Positions 1 through 9,619 of a stretch of DNA of 64,000 nucleotides are shown here, one piece after another. The stretch is from Bacteroidota bacterium. GTDB taxonomy: Bacteria; Bacteroidota; Ignavibacteria; Kapaibacteriales; HRBIN21. Numbering within the stretch: the stretch's first letter is position 1; each line of letters begins with the position of its first letter. The DNA lies in contig JAUQPL010000010.1 of NCBI GenBank assembly GCA_030550395.1, positions 12 to 64,011 on the forward strand, written 5' to 3'. A program made the position numbers and the translations under genes. Below the pieces are notes generated by a model that was given only the letters and a program-made list of their open reading frames with translations, was not told where the DNA came from and did not search any database.

Positions 1-1
1 T

Positions 2-229
2 TACACCCTGAGGGCCACCATCCCCTGGGACAGACTGTCGGATTTCGTCCGCGGCGTGGTAATGCCTCTTCGGCAGGATGGCGCAGAACTGAAAGTCGAA
101 GTATGCCTGGAAGCCCGATCCGCAGCCGGGATTAAACTCACCACGCTGGAGCAGAAAGTCCGGGAGACGCTTCGCCAAATCGGAGCCATCGTCATGGAAG
201 AGGAAGCTCAACAGCACAAAACGGCTTGA
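2..229 (+). CDS. 3' end of an unidentified gene (C-terminal 75 aa, partial at window edge)
   Basis: Open frame 2 runs from the window start to TGA at 227-229 (..RLSDFVRGVVMPLRQDGAELKVEVCLEARSAAGIKLTTLEQKVRETLRQIGAIVMEEEAQQHKTA*). Not in the ORF track because it has no start codon. Family not recognised. Confidence 0.35.
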   Translation, partial: YTLRATIPWDRLSDFVRGVVMPLRQDGAELKVEVCLEARSAAGIKLTTLEQKVRETLRQIGAIVMEEEAQQHKTA

Positions 230-683
230 ACCCTCGGTGTTCAGCGAAGTTATCTTGCTGCTGCCTCTGCCAATGTCCGGCTCTCCCGCTGCGGGCGCAT
301 CGGAAGAAGCCGGCGAATCCCCCTTGCTGAGGCACTGCACTCATACTCTGAGACTGGTCCCAGACACCACCCCGAAGCCGCCAAGGCAGTGGGGCATATT
401 GGGCACCGGCGGTGGATAAAATGGCCGACTGTTCTAACGTCCTCCACCGGTGGCGTGCCACCTCAGAGACGGTTGCGCACGTCCTTACAGAGCAGGCGCC
501 ACCTGTAGCCTGGGCTGATGCCAGAGGTAGCTCGGTTACAGGAAGCTCCGGAGAGGCCGAAAACACTTCAGAAATGGCCGACGTCGCAATGGGCTATAGA
601 GCTGTAGAAGTGCTGACTGCAGAAGAGCTCAAGGTTCCATGGGCCGATACCGGCTGAGGTTCGGAAACTTGCGGTCCCATCAT

Positions 684-947
684 TTACCCAACGTGTTCCC
701 GCAGCGGAAAGGCGCTGCCGAGAGGGTGCGTACCCATCTGTGAGATTCCAAGCGACGTGAGGTTGATGCATCTCCAATGAGAAAGGTTACAAGCGTGTTC
801 CATCAGGGCCAAGCCCTCAGCGGTATCAATTTTGCGGATAGGAAACAGCCAATCAAAGGGCTGCTCCAGCAATTGCTGCAAGGACAAAAAGCAGCGTTCG
901 TCTCTGGCCGTTGCCAGGACGATTAGAGATTCCGGCGCTTCCGACAT
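684..947 (-). CDS. hypothetical small protein (87 aa)
   Basis: ORF track only. No motif recognised. Its start lies 3 nt from the divergent SpoU start, so no promoter space remains. May be spurious. Confidence 0.2.
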   Translation of the reverse strand: MSEAPESLIVLATARDERCFLSLQQLLEQPFDWLFPIRKIDTAEGLALMEHACNLSHWRCINLTSLGISQMGTHPLGSAFPLREHVG

Positions 948-950
948 CCC

Positions 951-1547
951 ATGCGTAGGCTAAGCTATGAAGAGCTCTGTCAACAGCGCTTATCGCTAGC
1001 CGAGCTTCGCCACGTGCCTCGCCATCCCATCATCATCGTGCTGGACAACATTCGAAGCCTATACAACGTGGGCTCTATTTTCCGAACAGCCGACGCCGTC
1101 CGGGCTCAGGAACTCATCCTGTGCGGCTACACTCCCACTCCACCCCGTCCGGAGATTGAGAAAACCGCCCTGGGAGCTACGGAGAGCGTCCCTTGGCGAT
1201 TCCAGCCGTCGGCTGTGGAGGCGGTTTTAGAACTGCGCCATCGCGGGATCCGGGTCTTTGCCGTTGAACTCACTGATCAGAGCCGCCCGTATGACAGTCT
1301 CACACCGGAGGATTTCCCTGCTGCCTTCGTCTTCGGCAATGAGATTGTGGGAATTCAACCGGCCGTGCTCCAGCAGTGTGACGCCGCATTAGCAATCCCT
1401 ATGTATGGCACCAAGCACTCGCTCAATGTCGCTGTCGCTGCCGGCATCGTACTCTATGAAGCCCTTCGCTGCTATCGCGGCAGACAATGGGAAGTTCCCC
1501 ACGTATCTGGTTATTCCGATGCACCTCCGGATTGCTGTTCCCCATGA
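951..1547 (+). CDS. SpoU/TrmH-family RNA 2'-O-methyltransferase
   Basis: PIIIVLDNIRSLYNVGSIFRTADA and FGNE...G motifs typical of the SPOUT methyltransferase family, with TrmH-like length. Confidence 0.8.
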   Translation: MRRLSYEELCQQRLSLAELRHVPRHPIIIVLDNIRSLYNVGSIFRTADAVRAQELILCGYTPTPPRPEIEKTALGATESVPWRFQPSAVEAVLELRHRGIRVFAVELTDQSRPYDSLTPEDFPAAFVFGNEIVGIQPAVLQQCDAALAIPMYGTKHSLNVAVAAGIVLYEALRCYRGRQWEVPHVSGYSDAPPDCCSP

Positions 1548-2307
1548 TCGGCTCTACACCCCTTTGATTGAAGGCACTGCGCGGTCAATTCAGCTCCTCC
1601 GTGTCCCCGAAGAGGAGTGCAGTCGGCTCCTGCGCGCTAACCGAGTTGAACTGGCCCTCCTTTCCCCGCTGGCATACGGACAATGCATAGAACATGCTGA
1701 CTACCGTATTGTTCCCACCTCCGCTATAGCGCTGGAAGGCTATACCGAACGGGTATGGTTGTACTTCCGCCCCGGAGTCCGAACGCTGTCGCGCTGCATC
1801 GTACCGTCGCTGACCGCCTTCCTGACACAGGCACTCCGCATCGTGCTACAGGAAGCCTACGAGCTGGATCCTGTCTTGATCCCCGCATCGGGTATGAGCG
1901 TACGCGAAGCCCTCCACGAAGCTGACGCCGTCCTGAGCTGGGAGGAGGATTCTCCAGAAATGGAGCGGCTGGACGTAGCAGAGGAATGGTTCCATGCCTT
2001 CGGGCATGCCCTCCCTGTGGGCTTTTGGGTATGCCGTCCGGAGGAGTTGCCTGCTGAATTACCCAGACTCGTCGAGCAACTGAGCCGACCTGGATTGGCC
2101 CCTACGGAAACTGTTACCGAACAGCGGTCACCCCTTCCATCCTATCCGACCTATCCCGGAGTTATCCACTGGCACTGGGACTCCACTGTTGCCGAAGCGT
2201 TGAAAGCAACTTTGGAATTGCTTTACTACCATGGGCTTGTACCACACCTTGCGGAGGTGAAGTTATGGGACGGAACACAGCCCTCACAACAGGGGCACTA
2301 CTCCTAG
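1519..2307 (+). CDS. periplasmic-binding-fold protein, MqnA/MqnD-like (possible chorismate dehydratase of the futalosine pathway)
   Basis: Internal ATG at 1519 (MHLRIAVPHDRLYTPLIEG..) follows the SpoU stop. The pattern resembles the MqnA N-terminus (R.G.IPYLN..PL.EG) and later LALLSPLAYG / W..FGHALPVGFW segments. Similarity judged by eye only. Confidence 0.4.
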   Translation: MHLRIAVPHDRLYTPLIEGTARSIQLLRVPEEECSRLLRANRVELALLSPLAYGQCIEHADYRIVPTSAIALEGYTERVWLYFRPGVRTLSRCIVPSLTAFLTQALRIVLQEAYELDPVLIPASGMSVREALHEADAVLSWEEDSPEMERLDVAEEWFHAFGHALPVGFWVCRPEELPAELPRLVEQLSRPGLAPTETVTEQRSPLPSYPTYPGVIHWHWDSTVAEALKATLELLYYHGLVPHLAEVKLWDGTQPSQQGHYS

Positions 2308-2918
2308 GACTTTTCCTCAGCGGTTGCGGTCCGACATACTGGCCAGTACTCTACCAAATTGAGCGTCCCTTGATGTTCCCTCCCGACCGCTCCCGAGACG
2401 CATGGGGAGCGGCTCTCAACCTTTCCTGGGGCGAGAGTATAAACTCCCCACCCTCAGACTTTACCAACGTTACCGCCAGTGCTGGCTACTGCCTTGCAAG
2501 TAGCTCCCGAATCCTCTGTCTTCGCAGCTCCGTGCTTGCCTATGCCGGTGAAATTGGCCGCGAGGGCTATGGAGGTCTGGCAACAATTCACGAACCGAGC
2601 ATCAACCTACCCATTGGCCAATGGCTCAGCCTTAGTGTAGTCTCGGAGGTCGGCGGCTCTTTAGAGTTTGGAACCTACGTAGACAGGCACTTCAACAACA
2701 GCCCGCTTTTCGTGCCAACGGTCGGTTTCGGTGGCGGTTTGACACTGCACTTCTCTCGGCACTCCCATCTGGTCGTAGATGGCCGCCTCCTTCCCGGCTC
2801 CGTGCGTATAGCCTATCTTACCTCTTCTTGGGGGGTCCACTTTTCCATTCTTCGGGGAGGAGCGGCTTCCACCGGGCTCAGCTACTTGCTGGGCGAGGAG
2901 AAGCCAAGGCAGCGGTGA
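2265..2918 (+). CDS. hypothetical lipoprotein
   Basis: Signal peptide plus lipobox LFLSGC. GGAGGTGA SD lies 6 nt upstream of the ATG. No family recognised. Confidence 0.55.
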   Translation: MGRNTALTTGALLLGLFLSGCGPTYWPVLYQIERPLMFPPDRSRDAWGAALNLSWGESINSPPSDFTNVTASAGYCLASSSRILCLRSSVLAYAGEIGREGYGGLATIHEPSINLPIGQWLSLSVVSEVGGSLEFGTYVDRHFNNSPLFVPTVGFGGGLTLHFSRHSHLVVDGRLLPGSVRIAYLTSSWGVHFSILRGGAASTGLSYLLGEEKPRQR

Positions 2919-3573
2919 TAAGACGGCGAAACTCCCGGATATTTGCTGCAATATCCCCTCGGAAGAGCCCGGAACCGCTAACGATCACCGTTGCCCCCGC
3001 ACGAACGACTTCGGCAACATTGCCGGCATGGATACCACCGTCGACCTCAATGTCGAGTGCCACACGAGCGCGCTCTAGAAAATCCCGCAACTGCTCAATT
3101 CGGCGAATGACCCCAGGAATGAACTCCTGCCCACCAAAGCCAGGATTGACAGACATCAGCAGGACGAAATCACAGTACGGAATCGCTTCATAAGCGTAAG
3201 TCAAGGGAGTGGTGGGATTGAGCACAATACCGGCGCGTTTGCCCAGACGGCGGATTAGCGTCAGAGCCCGATGCAGATGAGGGCATACCTCCACGTGCAC
3301 GGAAATCCAATCTGCCCCTGCCTCGGCAAAGGCAGGGATAAGGCGCTCGGGCTCCATGACCATCAAATGGCAATCCAGCGGCAACCGCGTGTGGGGTCGC
3401 ACAGCGGCTACAACAGGCGGACCAATTGTCAGATTCGGCACGAAGTGCCCATCCATGACATCGACATGGAGTACGTCGGCTCCCGCACCTTCACAGGCGG
3501 CAACAGAGTCTGCCAATCGGGCAAAGTCCGCTGCCAAGAGAGAGGGAGCAATCCGGATTGTGGGAGCACTCAT
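2878..3573 (-). CDS. rpe: ribulose-phosphate 3-epimerase
   Basis: IAPSLLAADFARL, HVDVMDGHFVPN and MSVNPGFGGQ.F motifs. The ATG at 3573 forms an ATGA overlap with the upstream lon-like stop. Confidence 0.9.
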   Translation of the reverse strand: MSAPTIRIAPSLLAADFARLADSVAACEGAGADVLHVDVMDGHFVPNLTIGPPVVAAVRPHTRLPLDCHLMVMEPERLIPAFAEAGADWISVHVEVCPHLHRALTLIRRLGKRAGIVLNPTTPLTYAYEAIPYCDFVLLMSVNPGFGGQEFIPGVIRRIEQLRDFLERARVALDIEVDGGIHAGNVAEVVRAGATVIVSGSGLFRGDIAANIREFRRLITAALASPRPASS

Positions 3574-6050
3574 TGTCGGCGACTTGCACTGCGACGATTC
3601 GCCATCCGATCGCGCTGTTCTTGCCGAGCTGTCTCCTGCGAACGCTTCCAAAAAAGCTCCAAGCGACGCTGTATCTTCCCAAAGAGCGTGTTGGGTGGAT
3701 AGGTCCCGTCAGCTCTCTGGACCCCAGCAGAAAGCCCCATCAGCAGCGGGATTGCCTCTTCAAAGTGACGGATAGCATAGATGTGGAACCGACCTTCCCG
3801 CACGCTGTCAATAATAGGTCTCGGCAACATAAGGTCGTCCACGTTCTGCCAAGGGATGATGACGCCCTGTGTCCCCGTAAGCCCCCGTGCGAAGCAGACT
3901 TCAAAAAAGCCTCGGATTTTCTCATTCACTCCACCCACGGGCTGAATATCCCCCTTCTGGCTTATTGAGCCCGTGACAGCGAACCCTTGTCGGATAGGAA
4001 CTTGCGCCAGTGCCGAAAGAAGCGCATATAGCTCTGCTGCCGACGCACTGTCCCCCTCAACGTCAGAGTACGACTGCTCAAATGTCAGTGAGGCCGAAAG
4101 TACCAGTGGATGGCGATGAGCAAAGCGTTCCCGGAGAAGCCCCGCTAAAATCAGCACACCCTTGCTGTGGATGCGCCCACTGAGTTCTACTTCGCGCTCA
4201 ATGCTGAGAATACCCCCACTGCCGATGCCCACGGACGCAGTGATCCGGACAGGCTTACCGAAGCTATACGTCCCCGTTGAGTAAACGGTCAGCCCATTGA
4301 TTTGCCCGACCCGCTCGCCCGTTGTGTCAATGAGCAGGCTTCCCTGCAGGATATACTCTCGGATTTTCTCATCCACCAAGTCATGGCGCCGACGACGAGC
4401 CGCCAAGGCTTCCTCTACATGGATTCGCTCAATCCGCTTAGCATTTTGCTGCTGAGCAACGTAGTGCGCTTCCCGGACAACATCGGCCAAATCACTGAAG
4501 CGAAGAGTCCACTTCCGCCGATCTCCCGTCCATTCCGCTGCCCACTCTGCCAGAGCAGCAATTGCGCTCCGGTGGGCCGGCAGAATCCCCTCCTGTTGGC
4601 TCAGCTTCCGCACAAAACGGGCATAGGCCAACAGTAGCTCTGGTGAGCGCGGAGCCTCGGTGTCAAACTGGGCGTGCATTTTGAACATCTTCGGAAAGTC
4701 CTCATCCAGCAGATACAGCATCGTGTAAAGTTCTGCCGGTCCAATCAGGATGACCTTCAGCCGCACATTAACCGGTTCTGGCTTGATTCCAGCCGGCAGG
4801 AGTGCAAACAGCGGGTCCCATGCCTGGATATCCAACTTGCCGTACAGCAGAACACTTTTAAGCATCGCCCATACCCCGGGCTGGACCAGCGCATCCAAAG
4901 CGTTGAGGATAAGGTACCCCTGGTCCGCTCGCAAGACCGAACCGGCCCGAATGGAGCGGTAATCGGCCGACCAGAGTCCCCGCCCATCTACGGAGCGATC
5001 AATGGTGCCGAAGAGATTCGCATACGTAGGATTCGTCTCCACGATGATCGGGGCACACTCCGTCTGGCTATTATCAACGACAAGGTTGACATCGTAGTAG
5101 CGCAAATGCTCAGCCAGTGCCCCTAAGCGTTGCTCTGTCTGCGTGGGTGACTCTTGAGGCTCTGCAACGAACAGATGAAGGTGCTCCAGCAGATCTTGCT
5201 GCAGGTCGCTGAGGAATTCGCTGATGCGCTCGTAAGGAAAGCGCTCTCGGAGTTCATCAAAAACCCCCCGAATGAGCACCATTACGGCAGAGCGGTCGTG
5301 CTCACGGAGTGCCTGCTGGTATTCACGCCACAGCCGCGCCGAAGAACGGGTCAGCTCCTGAAGGCGGAAGCGGGCTTCCTCATAGCGCTGACGCAAGGCC
5401 TGTGCCTCCTCTAGGGTGAGCTTTCGCCCCCGGACGTAATCGTCTAACTCCTCAATCGTGACCGGTATTCCATTAACGACGGGAAAAACTTCCGGTTCCA
5501 CGCCCGCTGGGGTTTCAACCTGCCCTAAGACAAATCCCTGCTGCTTCAAGTCCTGCTCAAATTGTGCCAGCAGTTGGCGATGGCGCTGCTCATAGCTTTG
5601 CGCAAGCCCATGGCGCTGAGCCCGGAAGTCCTCGCGCTCGAAAAGCTGTGGAATTCGCTGTCGAAGGAGCGTGATCGCTTGCCCCAGAGCCTCGCGAAAG
5701 GCCCTTCCCTCCCCCTTCGGCAGACGGAGCAGACGGGGTTGAGTCGGATCGCGGAAGTTGTGCACATAGCAGTAGTCATACAACGGCGGGCATACGTACA
5801 GCACCTCCTGTAGAATCTTCTGGACTATTGCCAAACGTCCCGTGCCCGAAAGGCCGGAAACGTAAATGTTGTAGCCCGGAGCCCACAGGCTCACCCCTAA
5901 GCGAAGCGCCTCTATTGCCCGAGGCTGCCCAACAATTTCCTCCAACGGTTCCAGCTCCTCCGTCGTTTCAAAGGGCAGATCCTCCTCCGGGCACTCCCAG
6001 CGGAGCTTCTCTGGAGGTACCTCTGGGGGTAGACGTTTCCGCACCCTCAT
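3570..6050 (-). CDS. LonC-type Lon-like protease (AAA-like domain with degenerate Walker A, large insertion, C-terminal S16 peptidase domain)
   Basis: N-terminal IVGQPRAIEALRLG..YNIYVSGLSGTGRLA is Lon/sigma54-like, but the Walker A reads G-x-x-G-x-G-R, with Lys replaced by Arg. The C-terminus has a Lon S16 fold with the catalytic Ser context (DSASAAELYALLSAL...VTGSISQKGDIQPVGGVNEKI). About 500 aa lie between them, as in LonC. The ATG at 6050 overlaps the upstream stop as ATGA. Confidence 0.8.
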   Translation of the reverse strand: MRVRKRLPPEVPPEKLRWECPEEDLPFETTEELEPLEEIVGQPRAIEALRLGVSLWAPGYNIYVSGLSGTGRLAIVQKILQEVLYVCPPLYDYCYVHNFRDPTQPRLLRLPKGEGRAFREALGQAITLLRQRIPQLFEREDFRAQRHGLAQSYEQRHRQLLAQFEQDLKQQGFVLGQVETPAGVEPEVFPVVNGIPVTIEELDDYVRGRKLTLEEAQALRQRYEEARFRLQELTRSSARLWREYQQALREHDRSAVMVLIRGVFDELRERFPYERISEFLSDLQQDLLEHLHLFVAEPQESPTQTEQRLGALAEHLRYYDVNLVVDNSQTECAPIIVETNPTYANLFGTIDRSVDGRGLWSADYRSIRAGSVLRADQGYLILNALDALVQPGVWAMLKSVLLYGKLDIQAWDPLFALLPAGIKPEPVNVRLKVILIGPAELYTMLYLLDEDFPKMFKMHAQFDTEAPRSPELLLAYARFVRKLSQQEGILPAHRSAIAALAEWAAEWTGDRRKWTLRFSDLADVVREAHYVAQQQNAKRIERIHVEEALAARRRRHDLVDEKIREYILQGSLLIDTTGERVGQINGLTVYSTGTYSFGKPVRITASVGIGSGGILSIEREVELSGRIHSKGVLILAGLLRERFAHRHPLVLSASLTFEQSYSDVEGDSASAAELYALLSALAQVPIRQGFAVTGSISQKGDIQPVGGVNEKIRGFFEVCFARGLTGTQGVIIPWQNVDDLMLPRPIIDSVREGRFHIYAIRHFEEAIPLLMGLSAGVQRADGTYPPNTLFGKIQRRLELFWKRSQETARQEQRDRMANRRSASRRQ

Positions 6051-9000
6051 ATCCCCTCCCCACTTTGAAGTTGGCTCACCCGGCACAGGGCTTTATACGG
6101 ACAAGAGCGGCAAAACGTGCCTCGGTACGGCGCAACAGGGAAGAGTCGGCGCCGGATTTTTTCTACTGCATCCTGCGCATAGGCACGGGCAGCTTCCACG
6201 ATGTCATCAATACGCACGCGCCGATCCCAACAGGAGATCACGCACCGCTCAGATTCCTCGGCTTCGGCACCACCGAGACGGCGGTGGGGCCGTAGAGCAT
6301 AAAAAGCAGCAAAGCCATATTCGGTCTGAAGCCCATACTCACGGGCCAGAATCTGCCGCGCCGCCCAGAGATAGAGCGGCAATTGGAGATGGAACCCCCG
6401 CTGGCAATCCAACAACGAAGCTTGTCTGTGGAGCGCACTACTTTTGTAATCGGCAATCCCCACCAATGCCTTCCCTTCTGCCGTCATCGACAGCTCTATG
6501 CGGTCAATACGCCCCCGCAATCCCACATCCTCCGTCAATGGCACTGGTTCGACCATGCCCGGGTGCATCCCAAATCCCAGCTCAAAGGCAACAGGGACAA
6601 AGGCAGGACGTCTGTCTCCATGACACTCGTACTCTCGCCAACGCTTGTACTCCTGAAGCAGCCAAAACCACAACAGCCCCTGGCGGTCTTCCGTCCCTAA
6701 TAACGCCTCTGCTTCCAAGGCAAACCACGGGTGTTCAAAGCGCACGCGCTGCAATTCCTCAGCAGCAATCTCCCGCAGACGCCGATAAAGCTCCTGCCCT
6801 CCTTCATCTAAGGGAGCGCTTTGCAAAGGAGGCAGTTCGCCCCTGACCGAAGAGGCTATCTGTTCCCCCTTCTCCTGACGCTCACGGAAGAAGCGGTATA
6901 CGATACGATGCAACAGCAATCCCCGCTCCAGCGGGGAGAGTTCTAAAGGAGCCACTTCCAAGGGACGCAACCCCAGCACATGGGCAGCAAAATATCGGTA
7001 CGGACAGCGGCGGTAGAGTTCCAACTCCGTAGCGGAAAAATATCTCCCCACACGATGCCGGTAGCGTTCCTCCTGCTCTGGTGCTAAGTACAGTGGGTAC
7101 TGTGCCGCATCGGGTTCCCACGGCTGGGGAATAAGCAGAGGATAGGCACCATCTTCCAGCGTTGTGAGCTCCTCTGCCCGCTCCCACATCAGAGCTATGA
7201 ACTCACTTGCCGTCCCTTGAACCGCAATCCACGGAATCCGAGCATACTGGGAGTGGAAGTAGGCGTTGCCTTCTTCCGCATTCCCCCCGTGGAACCACTT
7301 GAGGAGCTCGGAGGCGTTGATAAGACAACCATCATCCTGCAGCGAGGTAACCTTAAGCAATTCATCCACGAAGGGAGAACGGACTACTTGCTCATCCCCT
7401 TGCATGAGCGGGTACGTGATATAGAGCTGCTGCTGTTGCTGCTCCAGCGCTTCCGGATGATTGGTCAAAAACTGATAGAAGAGCATCCGCTCTGCCCGGC
7501 GATGGCGCTCCTCAGCTTGCGGAATCTCGTAGCCCAGCAGATGCTCTGTGCGATACGGCAGTGGGAACTCCCCATCCAGAGCCCCGCAGAGGATCAGTAC
7601 TCGAAAGGGGATGCCCCGGGTCTGCTCAATGGAAGTAATCGTCACACCGGCACCCGGCTTTTCCCGCACCTGATAGCGCTCAGCACGGAGCGCTGTTGTA
7701 AACCGCTCAACGTACTCGGCCAATGGGCGAGGCTGCTGCCCCCAGCGACGTTGGAAGATTGCGGCAAACTCCTCCGTTAGCTCCATCAACCGCGTCAGCG
7801 CCCGAGCATCCCGCTCAATTTGTTCAAGAACAGCAAGCCATTCGGCATCACTTCGCCACCGCTGCTGTCGGAGCTGCGCATATGCCTCGCCGATAGCCTC
7901 ATAAATGCCCATCTCCAGCACGATATCCCGCCTCAGTAGCTGCAAAAACTCCGTCGGGGTATAGTAGCGCTGATCCCAAGTCAGGCGCTGCCGCAAAGCT
8001 TCAAAATCCTCTAACGCTCTCCGACAAGCCATCAATTCCTGCCGGACCTGCTCCTGCTCCAAGGGATCGCTATAAGGATCTGCCTCTAGCAGCTGTAATT
8101 GTTGCTGCAGGAACACACAGGCTTCCTCTAACTGCCGTATCCACCCTTGAGCCCCTCCAAAACGGTGCCCTCCAAGGATGCGCCGCCGACGAGCTACTGT
8201 GATCAGATTCACCCCGTCAATCGGGCGCCCGTCTGCCCCAAGGAGACGAACATAGGGATTGTACACAAGGCGCTCCAAATCAATACGGCGGAATCCATTC
8301 AGCGGGAGTCCAAGTAGGCCCAGTGCCGCAATGACTACTGGCGACTGCACCAACCAGAAACGGTCGGTCACATTGGCAGGAATACCGTAGAGGGCAAAAA
8401 TTTCTCGGAAAAGCGCCGAATACTGCTCCGGTCGGCGCATGACAACTGCAATCTCCCGCGGATGATAGCCCCTGCGGCACAGCAAATCTTTGACCAATCG
8501 GGCAATGAGAAGCACCTCCTGCTCCCGATCTCGGCACTCCACAATGGTGACCACAGCCGAAAAGCCGGGATGGCGGATTTCCCGCTCCGTATTGAATAGC
8601 CAGCGGCGCAGATACGCCCCCAATGGCAGGAAAACCCGTTGCTCCGGCGGCGTCTGCTCCGTCATCAAAATCGGTGGATCGGTCGAAAAGGACTGGTACC
8701 CCGCATCTCGGAGGCGCTCAACAACTTCCTGGAAATTCCCGAAGAGGGGTCCATTCTCCGGGGAATAGTCAATGGAAATCACCACCGGCAATTCCTGCCG
8801 AGCTAACGCTTCCAAAAAGGCAAGCTCTGGACTCCGGAACTCGGAGAAACCCTCAAGCAGAAGAAGCTCCGCTTCGGGGAAAAGTTGCCGAAAAGCGGCG
8901 CTCCCCCGTTGGAGCAAGGCATGGGTAACTAACTCCCATGCCCGAGGTTCATCAACGAATTCTTCTCCCAAGAGAGCTTCATACGCTTGAGCCAGGGCAA

Positions 9001-9541
9001 CGATATCACGTAGGCGTGTTATATCCACAGCGGGATCCGCACGTTGCTGCGCCTCTTCCAGTCGCTCCTCCAGCACAGCAGCCGTTACCCCATCCCGGCG
9101 GAGTCCTCGGATAACCCCGGCTAACTGCTCCAACAACGCCGGGGGGAGAGCCGGAGCTTGACGCCGATAAAACATCAATGGGGCCCGATGCGCTGCCTCC
9201 TCAAAGAGCGCCAACTGATGAGCATCCGAAAGCACAATGTAACGCCCCGGCGGGAAGAGGCGGCTGAAACAACTCCACAGAAAGCCCGCCAATGTGAAAA
9301 GAGTCGGCTCCGGAGAGGACTTGCCCGCATGGAACTCTGCAACCCAACGGAAGAACTGCCGCTTCAGCCAGCGTACACGGCGCTCTGTAGGAACAAGGCA
9401 CAAGAAGCGCTCTGCCGCATCCACAGCTGCCGCCTCCCGCAACAGCGCCTCCACACGGAACCGCTCGGCAAGCTCCCGCAAGATATCCCGACGTGGCTGC
9501 CAACGGAATGATGCCGCCGCATTGAGCAGAAGGTATGCCAT
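6047..9541 (-). CDS. AddB-like PD-(D/E)XK nuclease with Fe-S cluster cysteines (inactivated-helicase N-domain plus RecB-type nuclease)
   Basis: The C-terminus reads ...RRCPYRYF.. then IADYKSS..LQLPLYLWAAR.. then FCRSCPYKALCR, which is one Cys followed by C-x2-C-x5-C, exactly as in the AddB Fe-S nuclease domain. At 1165 aa it is the same size as Bacillus AddB. The N-terminus has no intact Walker A. ATG at 9541 is preceded by a GGAGG SD. Confidence 0.8.
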   Translation of the reverse strand: MAYLLLNAAASFRWQPRRDILRELAERFRVEALLREAAAVDAAERFLCLVPTERRVRWLKRQFFRWVAEFHAGKSSPEPTLFTLAGFLWSCFSRLFPPGRYIVLSDAHQLALFEEAAHRAPLMFYRRQAPALPPALLEQLAGVIRGLRRDGVTAAVLEERLEEAQQRADPAVDITRLRDIVALAQAYEALLGEEFVDEPRAWELVTHALLQRGSAAFRQLFPEAELLLLEGFSEFRSPELAFLEALARQELPVVISIDYSPENGPLFGNFQEVVERLRDAGYQSFSTDPPILMTEQTPPEQRVFLPLGAYLRRWLFNTEREIRHPGFSAVVTIVECRDREQEVLLIARLVKDLLCRRGYHPREIAVVMRRPEQYSALFREIFALYGIPANVTDRFWLVQSPVVIAALGLLGLPLNGFRRIDLERLVYNPYVRLLGADGRPIDGVNLITVARRRRILGGHRFGGAQGWIRQLEEACVFLQQQLQLLEADPYSDPLEQEQVRQELMACRRALEDFEALRQRLTWDQRYYTPTEFLQLLRRDIVLEMGIYEAIGEAYAQLRQQRWRSDAEWLAVLEQIERDARALTRLMELTEEFAAIFQRRWGQQPRPLAEYVERFTTALRAERYQVREKPGAGVTITSIEQTRGIPFRVLILCGALDGEFPLPYRTEHLLGYEIPQAEERHRRAERMLFYQFLTNHPEALEQQQQQLYITYPLMQGDEQVVRSPFVDELLKVTSLQDDGCLINASELLKWFHGGNAEEGNAYFHSQYARIPWIAVQGTASEFIALMWERAEELTTLEDGAYPLLIPQPWEPDAAQYPLYLAPEQEERYRHRVGRYFSATELELYRRCPYRYFAAHVLGLRPLEVAPLELSPLERGLLLHRIVYRFFRERQEKGEQIASSVRGELPPLQSAPLDEGGQELYRRLREIAAEELQRVRFEHPWFALEAEALLGTEDRQGLLWFWLLQEYKRWREYECHGDRRPAFVPVAFELGFGMHPGMVEPVPLTEDVGLRGRIDRIELSMTAEGKALVGIADYKSSALHRQASLLDCQRGFHLQLPLYLWAARQILAREYGLQTEYGFAAFYALRPHRRLGGAEAEESERCVISCWDRRVRIDDIVEAARAYAQDAVEKIRRRLFPVAPYRGTFCRSCPYKALCRVSQLQSGEGI

Positions 9542-9619
9542 CCTCCTGCCTCCGCTCCTTTGGTTATTTTGCAGGGCGAAATTGCAACTTTTCCAGTACA
9601 ACACCCCTCCCCGCACACA

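Noticed and set aside
164-174. GAAAGTCCGGG string resembling the RNase P RNA P4 motif (GAAAGUCCGGGCUCC)
   Set aside because: It lies inside the open reading frame at the window start (encodes QKVRE). It diverges right after GGG, and none of the other RNase P conserved blocks (ACAGAA...CCCGGCUUA, GUAAGAGCGCACC) occur nearby.
237-657. Short ORFs of 60-124 aa (237-419 +, 412-657 +, 192-566 -) in the 5' non-coding stretch
   Set aside because: Mutually overlapping, no start-site signals, mixed third-position composition unlike neighbouring genes, and no recognisable domains.
5945-5975. Possible loss of the Lon catalytic Lys (GGVNEKI versus Lon GGLKEKL)
   Set aside because: By-eye alignment is ambiguous by one residue. 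A Lys is present two positions later and the catalytic Ser context is intact. Not enough to call the peptidase domain inactive.
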